Assembly: GCA_963839865.1 (NCBI GenBank)
Contig: CAWIWS010000006.1
Location: forward strand, 10,641 to 74,640
Length of the DNA stretch: 64,000 nt
Source: an uncultured Acidobacteriota bacterium
GTDB lineage: Bacteria > Acidobacteriota > Vicinamibacteria > Vicinamibacterales > UBA2999
Direction: 5' to 3'
The notes under the pieces were generated by a model. That model worked only from the letters and a program-made list of their open reading frames with translations, was not told the DNA's origin and did not search any database. Below are positions 55,138-64,000 of this stretch, one piece after another. Positions within the stretch are counted from its first letter, which is position 1. Every line of letters starts with the position of its first letter. The position numbers were made by a program, and so were the translations under genes.

Positions 55138-56397
55138 ATGGCTCGCCGATCCCGACGGCTGGTTCTCCTCTTCGTGGGCCTGCTCATCACGGCGGGCCTT
55201 GGGTATCGCGCCCAGCAGGACGAGCGGGCGCTTTCCGCGCTCCGTGCGCACGCGGTCGCCGAGGATCGCGCGGCCGACGCCGGCCTCCTCGCCATCGGTG
55301 ATCTCCGCTCGGCCCTGTATGCCTACGTGTCCGCCGGCCAGGAGATCGGCCCCTGGGCGCAGCGGGCCTCCGCCGGCGTCGACGCCCTTCGCGAACACCT
55401 CCTCGCCCTCGATGCCGCCGTCGCCCGTTCGGGCAGTTCGATGGCCGACGCGCTCGACGGCCTCGACCAGTTCGAGGCGGCCGAGAAGCGCGCGCGCAAC
55501 TACGCCGACGTGCGGCCAGTCGCTGCTCGCCGGTGATGTCATCTTCACCGAAGCGCGGGACCTGCTCGACGGCCTCGGCAAGCAGGTGACGACCACGCGC
55601 GACGCGCTGCGCCGCGACGCCACCGCCCGCGAGGACGGCCTGGTGCTGGAACAACGCGCCCTCGCCGCCGGCGCCCTCGGCCTATGGATCGTGATCGCCC
55701 TCCTGCTCGTCCCGACCCCGAAGACGCAGGCGCAGGCACAGACGCTGGCGAATACAGAAGAACAAATAACAAATAACGAAGGCGCGACCAGCCTGAACCT
55801 GTCGTTCGATCGCCTGGACTCGCCCGCCTCCGCAGCACCCTTGGCACCCGTAAGCACCAGCACCCCACCTTTGGCACCCCTGGCACCCTTGGCACCCTTG
55901 GCACCTCGGTTCCTCGCTCGTCCTCCGCCGCCGAAATCTGCAGCGACCTGTCCGCCCTGTCGGATGTCGGCGCGCTGACCGGCGCCCTCGCGCGCGCCGC
56001 CGATGTCCTCGGCGCCTCGGGCGTCATCGTGTGGGTGGCGTCCAACGACGGCAACCAGCTCGCCCCGGTAGCCTCGCACGGCTTCGACCCGCGCATCCTC
56101 GCGCGCATCGGGACCATCCCCCGCGACAGTTCCAACCTCACGGCGGCGGCCTTCCGCGAAGCGTCCGCGCGCGTCACCGCCGCGTCGGGCGCGCTGCCCG
56201 CGGCCGTGGCCGTGGCCCTCTGCGGACCGTCGGGTCCGGTCGGCGTGTTGTCGGCGGAACTGCGCCAGGGCGCGGCGGCCGACGATGCGTGCGTCGCGTT
56301 CGCGACGATCTTCGCCGCGCAACTGGCCACCCTCGCCCTGCCCGTGCCGGCGGCGGCCGGCGCCGATTCATCCTGGCCCCAGCAGGCGCAAGCCTGA
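55138..56397 (+). CDS. Membrane protein with periplasmic helical domain and C-terminal GAF-like domain (frameshifted)
   Basis: Two TM segments flanking a helical region; ASGVIVW..AVALCGPSGPVGVLSAE..FAAQLA. Confidence 0.6.
55834..55906. repeat. 9-nt GCACCCTTG tandem array within CDS
   Basis: Encodes APLAP..LAPLAPLAPLAP. Confidence 0.75.
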
Positions 56398-56428
56398 TCG
56401 CGGGCCCCGTGCTCGACGGGGATCTCAG

Positions 56429-56806
56429 ATGAGCCTGTCCGTTGTTCTCGCGGAAGACGATCCAGACATCCAGCTCGTGGCGCGTCTCGCCCTCAAGCGC
56501 GTCGGCTTCATCGTGCGCGTGGTCGGCAACGGCGTGGAGGCCCTGGCCGCCATCCGCGAGCAGCCGCCCGACGTCGTCCTGCTGGACTGGATGATGCCGG
56601 AACTCGACGGCCCGGAAACGTGCCGCCAGATCAAGTCGGACCCGGCCATCGCCGGGATTCCCGTGATCTTCCTCACCGCCAAGTCGCAGGAAGCCGAGAT
56701 CCAGCGGGGCCTCGCCCTCGGCGCCGCCGGATACGTCACCAAGCCCTTCGACGCCCTCGCGCTCGGGCAGCAGGTGAAGGACATCATCCTCGCCGCCAAG
56801 CCGTGA
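56429..56806 (+). CDS. Single-domain response regulator
   Basis: LAEDD, LLDWMMPELDG, FLTA, YVTKPF. Confidence 0.93.
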   Translation: MSLSVVLAEDDPDIQLVARLALKRVGFIVRVVGNGVEALAAIREQPPDVVLLDWMMPELDGPETCRQIKSDPAIAGIPVIFLTAKSQEAEIQRGLALGAAGYVTKPFDALALGQQVKDIILAAKP

Positions 56807-59511
56807 CGATCCGCAGCCGCGCGTTCGCCGCCTTCGCGTGGCTGGTCCTCGTCTCCGGCGCGATGACGGGCCTCGTCGTTTACTCCTACCGGGAGTCGGA
56901 GCGCCTGCAGGCGCAGCAGCAGCGGCAGAGTGAAGTCCTCCAGTTGCAGGCCACCGCCTGGCGCGCCCTCATGGAGATGAAGGCCGACCAGCGCGAGTTC
57001 CTGCTGACCGGATCGCTGCCCCTGCGCGATCGCCGCGAGCGCGACCGCCGCGTCTACACGTCGTCGATCGCGCAGTTGAGCACGATGGTCGACAACCCCG
57101 GCCAGAGCCGCCGGCTGGCCGCCGTCCGCGACGCGGCCGAGAGCTGGACGAACACGTTCACCGACGGGTTGCGCGCCTCGACCGCCACCATCGCCGAGTC
57201 CGAGATCATCATCCGCGAGAGCGACACGCGCTTCGAGCCCCTCTCGCAGGCCCTGGTGGCCTTCGAGACGCAGGAACGTGAATTGATGCGCGAGGCGGTG
57301 GACCGCGAGAGCAGGCGCCTTGCCACCTTCACCTACATCGTGGGCGGCCTGGCCGGTCTCGGTGTCGTGACGATCCTCGGGTTGCTCGCGGGCACCAAGC
57401 GCATGCTGCTCGATCCGTTGAAGCGCCTCACGCAATCCGCCGACCGGATCGGCCACGGCGATTTCACCGCGGCCCACCAGACACTGCGCCGGGATGAGAT
57501 CGGCGTGCTCTTCAACTCCTTCGCGACCATGGCGCAGGCGGTGCAGAGCCGGGAGAAGGAACTCGCGTCCGCGCTGTCGGAATCGCGGCGCCTCGCCGCC
57601 GCGTCGGCGGAGGCCAGGGCCCTCGTCGAAGCCGCGCACGCCGAGCTGATGGCGACGATCGAGACGGTGCCGGCGGCGCTCTTCCTCTACGAGGCTCCGA
57701 GCGGCCTCGTGCGCATGCGCAACCACGCCGCGGTGGAGATCTTCGGCGTCCCGCCGAACGATCCGGCGCTGCAGTCGCAGTATCTCAGCCGCTTCCGCAT
57801 GGTCAATCGCGACGGCTCGGCCTGTCCGCCCGAAGAGTGGCCCGAGGTGCGCGCGTTGCGCGGCGAGCAGGTGGTGGGGCACGAGCTCGACATCCACCAC
57901 CCGGACGGCCGCGTCTTCTGCGTCATCGCGAGCGCCGCGCCGCTGAAGAACGACCTGGGCCACATCGTGGGCGCCGTCGTCGCGCTGCAGGACATCGCCA
58001 AGCTCCGCGAGGTCGATCGCCTCAAGGACGAATTCGTTTCCACGGTGAGCCACGAGCTGCGCACGCCCCTCACGTCGATTCGCGGATCGGTGCAGCTCGT
58101 GCTCGACGAGCCGGGGTCGGTGCCCGACCCCGAGCACCAGCAGTTGCTGCAGATCGCGCTGAACAATTGCGAGCGGCTCGTGCGCATCATCAACGACATC
58201 CTCGACGTCGCGAAGATCGAGTCGGGCAACGTCACGCTGAACAGGAAGGCCTGCCAGGTCGCCGATCTGGTCCGGACGTCCATCCAGGTGGTGGAAGGCC
58301 CCGCGCGCGGCGCCCAGGTGACGCTCTCCGCCTCGCTGCCCGCGAAGCTGCCGCCCGTCCTGGTGGACTCCGATCGCATCGTGCAGGCGCTCGTCAACCT
58401 CCTGTCGAACGCGGTCAAGTTCGCGCCGCCCAACTCCACGGTGACCGTCGGCGCCACGGTGGACGAGGGCGTCGTGAAGATCACGGTGGCCGACCAGGGT
58501 GACGGGATTGCGCCCGAGAACCTCGCGCGTCTCTTCCGGAAATTTCAGCAGGTGGACGCGTCGTCTTCGCGCCGCAGAGGCGGCACGGGCCTGGGCCTGG
58601 TCATCACGAAGACGCTGGTGGAATTGCACGGCGGCCGTATCTGGGTGAACAGCGAGCCGAAGAAGGGCACGACGTTCACGTTCACGCTGCCAGTGGCGCC
58701 CGCGGAGTCGGCGGTGGCGCTGGCGCCCGTGGCCGCCAACAAGGATGGGTCCGCGCGCCTCGCCGTGCGCCGCGTGCTCGTCGTGGACGACGATGATGAC
58801 TTCCGAGCGGTGATGCGGAAGCAGCTCACGCGCGCGGGCTACGTCGTGCTCGACGCGCGCGACGGCGCCTCCGCCCTGCACGTGGCGCGGACGACCCACC
58901 CCGACGTGATCACGGTGGACCTGATGATGCCCGGCCTCGATGGCTGGTCGTTCATCGAACGCCTGCGCGAAGAGCCGTTGCTGGCGCACATCCCGGTGGT
59001 CGTCGTGTCGGGCGCGCCGGAGGCGGGGGCCGGGCGCCTGCCGTCGGAGATTCCCGTGGTGCCGAAGGGCGAAGGCCAGGATCGCATACTGCGCGAAGTG
59101 GGCCAGGCCCTCGGCAGCCGTCGCGGCGCCACCATCGTCGTCGCGGAAGACGACGATGACCTGAGGGGCGTGCTGGCGGCGTCGCTGGCCCGCGGCGGAC
59201 ACCGCGTGATCCAGGCGCGCGACGGCGGCGAGGCCCTGGCCGCCATCGACCGCCAGCGCGTGGACCTCGTCGTCCTCGATCTCTGGATGCCGAACGTGGA
59301 CGGCTTCGAGGTCCTCGAGCGGATCCGCTCGGCCGGCGACGCCACGATCCCGGTGGTGGTGGTCTCGGGCGGAGATCGGGCGGCGTCGGAGGTGCGCGCG
59401 CTGGGCCTCGGCGCGAATATCTTCCTGACCAAGCCCGTCGACGCCGCGGCGCTCACCGAGGAAGTGACCCGCCTGCTTACGCAGGCCGCCGGATCTACGC
59501 CGGCCGACTGA
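56803..59511 (+). CDS. Hybrid sensor histidine kinase (CHASE3-like, HAMP, PAS, HisKA, HATPase, two REC)
   Basis: DEIGVL, VSHELRTPL, NLLSNAVKF, DQGDGI, GGTGLGL; REC motifs VDLMMP and LDLWMP. Confidence 0.93.
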   Translation: MTIRSRAFAAFAWLVLVSGAMTGLVVYSYRESERLQAQQQRQSEVLQLQATAWRALMEMKADQREFLLTGSLPLRDRRERDRRVYTSSIAQLSTMVDNPGQSRRLAAVRDAAESWTNTFTDGLRASTATIAESEIIIRESDTRFEPLSQALVAFETQERELMREAVDRESRRLATFTYIVGGLAGLGVVTILGLLAGTKRMLLDPLKRLTQSADRIGHGDFTAAHQTLRRDEIGVLFNSFATMAQAVQSREKELASALSESRRLAAASAEARALVEAAHAELMATIETVPAALFLYEAPSGLVRMRNHAAVEIFGVPPNDPALQSQYLSRFRMVNRDGSACPPEEWPEVRALRGEQVVGHELDIHHPDGRVFCVIASAAPLKNDLGHIVGAVVALQDIAKLREVDRLKDEFVSTVSHELRTPLTSIRGSVQLVLDEPGSVPDPEHQQLLQIALNNCERLVRIINDILDVAKIESGNVTLNRKACQVADLVRTSIQVVEGPARGAQVTLSASLPAKLPPVLVDSDRIVQALVNLLSNAVKFAPPNSTVTVGATVDEGVVKITVADQGDGIAPENLARLFRKFQQVDASSSRRRGGTGLGLVITKTLVELHGGRIWVNSEPKKGTTFTFTLPVAPAESAVALAPVAANKDGSARLAVRRVLVVDDDDDFRAVMRKQLTRAGYVVLDARDGASALHVARTTHPDVITVDLMMPGLDGWSFIERLREEPLLAHIPVVVVSGAPEAGAGRLPSEIPVVPKGEGQDRILREVGQALGSRRGATIVVAEDDDDLRGVLAASLARGGHRVIQARDGGEALAAIDRQRVDLVVLDLWMPNVDGFEVLERIRSAGDATIPVVVVSGGDRAASEVRALGLGANIFLTKPVDAAALTEEVTRLLTQAAGSTPAD

Positions 59512-60341
59512 ACGTCGCCGGCGATTCGAGGGTGGCCTTCACGGTTGTCTCCTTCTTGTCGCGCACCAAGCCGAGGGTGACCTCGCCGCCGGCCTTCGAG
59601 AGCTCCCGCACGAGCGCCTCCGAGTCCCGCACGTGCGTGCCGTTGACGGATGTGATCACGTCCCCCGCCTTGAGGCCCGCCTTCTTCGCGGAGGAGTTCT
59701 CGGTGACGCTCGACACCAGCACCCCGCCGTCCTTGGCGCCGAAGTACTCGGCCAGTTGTGGCGAGAGCGACTCGATCGAGACACCAAGGCGGCCGCGCGA
59801 CGGGGCCATGCCCGGCATGTTGAAGTCGCGGAAGCCCTGCATGCCGCGCTCGACTTCGCGGCGAATCTCGTCGCCGTCGATCTCGAAACTTCTCGCGGAC
59901 GCGCGGGCTTCGGGCGTGGCGTCAACCGTTTGCCGCTGACCGTTCCGCAGCACCGCCATCCGGACCTGGCGGCCTTCAGGGGTCTCCTGCACGAGGCGGG
60001 TGAATTGACGGGCGCTGCGGACGCGTTCGCCGTCGGTACTCGACCACGACGTCGCCGGCCTTGAGGCCCGCCTTCTCGGCGGGGCTCGCCGCGGTGACTT
60101 CTTCGATGCGCACCCCGGCCTGGGCGGCGCCCTTGGCGTCCGACGCGGCGAGGTCGGCGACCCTGACCCCCAAATGGAGGCCCCCGCCGAGCATCGTGGC
60201 GAAGCCGCGCCCGTCGGCGACGATCACGTCCCGCCGGGGCGCCTCGGGGCGCCTGGGTTCCTGCGCGCCGATGGACGATACGGCGGCCACGACGGCCACC
60301 GCGAGAACCGCGAAAAACACTGCGAACTTTGCTGGCTTCAT
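59495..60341 (-). CDS. Secreted tandem PDZ domain protein (frameshifted)
   Basis: Signal peptide; HLGVRV..SPAEKAGLKAGDVV; RLGVSI..AKKAGLKAGDVI; no protease domain seen. Confidence 0.82.
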
Positions 60342-60411
60342 AGGAGCGTTCTCCTCCCTTTCACTCCGTCTGACGCCGAGCCCAGGCACCCGGCCGGGCT
60401 GTTCGTCCCAG

Positions 60412-60500
60412 CCCGTAAGCCCGTCCTTCGACTCGGCCCGGTGGGCCTCGCTCAGGACAAGTAAGCCGTAGGCCGTAAGCCGTAAGCCGTGACAAGCCGT
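60412..60500. repeat. REP-like element nested in a GTAAGCC heptamer array
   Basis: cgtaagc-ccgt-ccttcgactcggcccggtgggcctcgctcaggacaag-taagccgtaggccgtaagccgtaagccgtgacaagcc. Confidence 0.85.
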
Positions 60501-60512
60501 TAGAATCTCTGA

Positions 60513-61861
60513 ATGCCGAAAAGCGGAGACCAGAAGAAGGCCATCCTGGAGCGGGCCGAGCGGGAGCGGGTGAAGTTCCTGCGCCTGCAGTTCACCGACA
60601 TCCTCGGGCGTCATCAAGAACGTCGAGGTGCCGGACCGCCAGTTCGCCGAGGCGCTCGACGGCAACATCATGTTCGACGGCTCGTCGATCGAGGGCTTCG
60701 TCCGCATCGAGGAATCGGACATGTACCTGCGGCCCGACCTCGCCACCTTCCAGGTGTTTCCGTGGACCGACGCCAGCGGCGCGAAGGTCGGCCGCCTGAT
60801 CTGCGACATCGCCAATCCCGACGGCACGCCCGTTCGCCGGCTGTCCCGCGCACGACGCTCAAGCGCGTGATCGCGCATGGCCGCCGACCGCGGCTTCACG
60901 ATGAAGGCCGGGCCCGAGGCCGAGTTCTTCCTGTTCCAGCGCCGCGACGGCCGGCCCACCACCGAGACGCACGACGTCGGCCAGCTACTTCGACCTCGCG
61001 CCGGTCGACCTGGGCGAGGACGTGCGGCGCGAGATCGTCGCTCGCGCTCGAGCAGATGGGCTTCCACGTCGAGGCCGCGCACCACGAGGTGGCGCCGGGC
61101 CAGCACGAGATCGACTTCCGCTACGACGACGTGCTGACGACGGCCGACAACGTCAGCACGTTCCGGTTCGTCGTGAAGAACGTGGCGCTGCGCAACGGCC
61201 TGCACGCCACCTTCATGCCCAAGCCGATCTTCGGCATGAACGGCTCGGGCATGCACACGCACCAGTCGCTGTTCTCCGGCGGCGACGAACGCGTTCTTCG
61301 ACCCGCGACGGCCGATGGCAGCTGAGCCAGACGTGCCTGCACTACATCGGCGGCCTGCTGCGGCACGCCAAGGGCTTCTGCGCGATCACCAACCCGCTGG
61401 TGAACTCGTACAAGCGGCTCGTGCCGGGCTACGAGGCGCCGACCGGCGATCGCGTGGTCCGAGAAGAACCGCAGCCCGCTCGTGCGCGTGCCCGCGGCGC
61501 GCGGGCACGGCCACGCGCATCGAGCTGCGCATGCCGGATCCGTCGTGCAATCCGTACCTGGCGCTGGCCGTGATGCTGCGCGCGGGCCTCGACGGCATCG
61601 AGCAGAAGATCGATCCCGGGCCCGCCGGTGAACAAGAACATCTACAAGATGAGCCACCGCGAGCGGCGGCACCTGCGCATCGACGACCTGCCCGGCAACC
61701 TGAGCGAGGCGCTCGACGAGCTCGAGAAGGACGACCTCGTGCGGGAGACGCTCGGCGAGCACATCTTCAAGCACTTCCTCGAGGCCAAGCGCGAGGAGTG
61801 GGCCGACTACATCCGCCACGTCTCGCCCTGGGAGATGGACCGCTACCTCGGCGTGTATTGA
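60513..61861 (+). CDS. glnA: Glutamine synthetase type I (GSI-alpha-like; frameshifted)
   Basis: [68 protein letters not shown]. Confidence 0.95.
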
Positions 61862-61950
61862 TCGGCGGACAGCGAACGTCCGCCTTCACGGACAGCCAGG
61901 GCGAGCTCGTGATCTGAGGGCCCGGGTGATTGCTCGATCGGCTAAGCGCC

Positions 61951-62031
61951 GATCCGCGTCGATCTGCGTTTTATCTGCGTTTAATCGCGTTCAATCTGCG
62001 TCCAATCTGCGGCCTGCGTTTAATCTGCGGC
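61951..62031. repeat. ATCTGCG-unit tandem array (related copy at 35413-35443)
   Basis: atccgcgtcgatctgcgttttatctgcgtttaatc...aatctgcgtccaatctgcggc...aatctgcggc. Confidence 0.8.
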
Positions 62032-62047
62032 TGGCACGACCCTTGAA
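62032..62047 (+). promoter_or_regulatory. Putative sigma54 promoter
   Basis: TGGCAC-GACCC-TTGAA; perfect -24, non-canonical -12. Confidence 0.4.
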
Positions 62048-62151
62048 GTAGTGGGGGTCAGGCCGCGGCGGATCACCGAAGGGCGTTCTTTCAGGCAGGC
62101 GCTGGCATCGCCGCTCTTCGGCTTCAACTTTCACGCATCCGTCCGCGGCTT

Positions 62152-62218
62152 CTCAGCCGAAGGTTCAGCACGCGGGTTCAGCGCGAAGGTTCAGCACGCC
62201 GGTTCAGCACGGAGGTTC
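62152..62218. repeat. GGTTCAGCAC-unit tandem array (half element)
   Basis: Same unit as 41865-41992, four to five copies. Confidence 0.85.
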
Positions 62219-62220
62219 CT

Positions 62221-62573
62221 ATGAGCCCCAATCGCAACATCGTCTGGGTGTCGGCCATCGCGCTCCTCACCATGCTCGGCGCCGCGTGCGCCACTGCCGG
62301 CAGCCCTCGATTTCCCAGGTGCAGACCAATCCCGGGCGGTATGCGGATCACACCGTGACGGTCGAGGGCGTGGTCACCTCGTCGTTCGGCATCCCCATGG
62401 TGCCGTTCAAGATCTATCGCGTCTCCGACGGCTCGGGCGAGATGCTGGTGGTGTCGGACGGCAACCGCCTCCCCACCAAGAACGCGCGCGTCCGCGTGCG
62501 CGGCGAGGTCCAGGAGTTCGCCCTGATCGGCGGCCGCTCCTTCGGGCTCCACTTGAAGGAGAAGACGCGTTAA
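62221..62573 (+). CDS. Small OB-fold lipoprotein (frameshifted)
   Basis: Lipobox GAAC; VTVEGVV, YRVSDGSG, VRVRGEV. Confidence 0.7.
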
Positions 62574-62598
62574 GTACTTGTAAAAGAACGACTTGCGT

Positions 62599-62672
62599 GT
62601 CACGGCTCACGGCTTACGGCTTACGGTGCCGTCAGCCGCACCTCCGTGAGCCGCAAGTCGTAAGCCGTGGCA
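62599..62672. repeat. Inverted GGCTTAC/GTAAGCC heptamer hairpin
   Basis: gtcacggctcacggcttacggcttacgg ... ccgtgagccgcaagtcgtaagccgtggc. Confidence 0.85.
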
Positions 62673-62713
62673 GGTAAACCCCGCGTTTGTGAAACATAGT
62701 ACAATCGCTGGCT

Positions 62714-63447
62714 GTGGAATCCATTGAACACCCCTCCGCGGTAGTTGCGCTCATCAACGCGCTGCTCGGCCTGGTGGGCATTCACGTGCCGGACCATATC
62801 GCGTTCGTCGCGCTGATCACCCTCTTCGTCCTGGTCATCGGCCTGGCCATCCGCTCGCAACTGAGCGTCGAAAATCCCGGCAAGCTGCAGATCGTCCTCG
62901 AGGACCTCGTCTCGTTCCTCGTGGCGCAGCTCGAAAGCCAGATGGGCAAACGGGCCGCAAGTACCTGCCGCTGCTCGGCACCCTCTTCGTCTTCATCCTG
63001 ATCGGCAACCTGATGGGCCAGATTCCCGGCCTCGGCTCGCCCACGAGCAACATCAACGTGCCGTTCGCGTTGCGCGCTGACGCTGTGGCTCTACTATCAC
63101 GCGCAGGGCGTGATGACGAGGGCCCGATCAACTACCTGATGCACTTCGGCAAGATGCCGGGCGTGCCGATCGTGATGGCGCCGATGATCTTCATCATCGA
63201 GATCATCAGCCACCTGTCGCGCGTGCTGTCGCTCACGCTCCGCCTGTTCGGCAACATCTTCGGCGAGCACCTCGTCGTGCTCATCATCGCCAGCATCGTC
63301 CCCTTCATCGCGCCGCTGCCGATCCAGTTCCTCGGCCTCATCGTGGGCCCGCTGCAGGCGTTCATCTTCCTGACGCTCGGCGCCATCTACCTCAGCGCCG
63401 CGACGCACGTCGACGACCACGGCCACGAAGCCGAAGCCGCGCACTGA
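62714..63447 (+). CDS. atpB: F0F1 ATP synthase subunit a (frameshifted)
   Basis: PGKLQ, GNLMGQIPG..PTSNIN, IEIIS..RVLSLTLRLFGNI (essential Arg), LQAFIF..IYL. Confidence 0.92.
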
Positions 63448-63448
63448 C

Positions 63449-63645
63449 GGCCTACGGCTTGTCACGGCTACGGCTTGTCACGCAGGCTTACGACTTACGG
63501 CGTACGGGGGTGCGGCTTGCAGGTACCGCAAGTCGTAAGCCGTAGGCCGTGACTAGGTGACCCGCAAGTCGCAAGCCGCAGGCCGTGACTAGTGACCCGC
63601 AAGCCGTAAGCCGTAAGCCGTGACTAGTGACCCGTAGGCCGTGAC
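63449..63645. repeat. Inverted heptamer arrays with ~34-nt higher-order unit between convergent genes
   Basis: ggcttgtcac/ggcttac left arm; ccgcaagtcgtaagccgtaggccgtgactag(g)tgac x3 right arm. Confidence 0.88.
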
Positions 63646-63649
63646 GTGA

Positions 63650-64000
63650 TCAGGGTTGCTTGCGGCCGTACACGCCGCCGGTGGCGAGGCGGTCGAAGTA
63701 GCTGAACGCGGCGGCTGCGATGTCGTGGATCGCGCGTTCGCCGTCCGGGTCGTGCGCCAGGTAGGTGGTCATCACCGACAGCGCGAAGGGCCGGCCCGGG
63801 AGTTCCACCACCGCGGCCTCGGCGCGCACGCCGTCCAGTTCGCCCGTCTTGCTGGCCACCGGCACGTCTGCGGGAACGGCGTTGCGGATTTGCCCGGGCA
63901 CCTCGTGGAGCACCTTGCGGGCCGCGTCGCGGCTTTCGACCTTCAGGCCCTGACCCTTCCAGAGCAGCTCGGCGATCCGCGCGAGGGACCCGGGGCTCGC
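63650..64000 (-). CDS. 3' part of a serine hydrolase (class A beta-lactamase-like fold)
   Basis: VPVASKTGELDGVR (KTG motif), RPFALSVMT; runs off the window edge. Confidence 0.8.
   Translation of the reverse strand, partial: ASPGSLARIAELLWKGQGLKVESRDAARKVLHEVPGQIRNAVPADVPVASKTGELDGVRAEAAVVELPGRPFALSVMTTYLAHDPDGERAIHDIAAAAFSYFDRLATGGVYGRKQP

Noticed and set aside
62048-62150. Possible riboswitch or ncRNA in the leader of the lipoprotein gene
   Set aside because: Some pairing potential but no recognisable family motif; would need an Rfam search
140-63447. Mass pseudogenisation or programmed frameshifting
   Set aside because: Single-base indels hit conserved genes (purE, purK, glnA, atpB) while catalytic motifs stay intact, and I noticed no in-frame nonsense decay or consistent slippery sites; most likely long-read assembly errors
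63527-63645. CRISPR-like ~34-nt repeats
   Set aside because: Directly abutting tandem units without spacers, made of the genome's heptamer repeat
63650-64000. Beta-lactam resistance gene
   Set aside because: Only the KTG-bearing C-terminus is visible; the fold is shared by many non-resistance serine hydrolases

Overview
High-GC bacterial chromosomal segment. Gene content (Oar-like TonB-dependent receptor, VWA protein, PIG-L/NEW3 protein, DUF1800/DUF1501) suggests Acidobacteriota, possibly Vicinamibacteria (inference). It holds about 51 mostly housekeeping, envelope, proteolysis and signalling genes, including purE, purK, glnA, malQ, ada, nhaR-like, a lone nuoG-like gene, a lone atpB, several peptidases and a two-component module. 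Many genes, including normally conserved ones, are split by 1-nt indels, most likely long-read assembly errors, so their coordinates are approximate. I found no rRNA, tRNA, CRISPR array, transposase or phage gene. The most unusual signal is a dense repertoire of short palindromic and tandem-unit repeats (7, 8, 9, 12-13 nt units, often as inverted pairs) in many intergenic gaps. Several copies are also read as protein inside coding sequences. A REP-like CTTGCCCTGAGC..GTCGAAGGG element lies in four genes (five copies), a ~135-bp element sits in the penicillin acylase spacer peptide, and another copy encodes part of the HtrA signal peptide.
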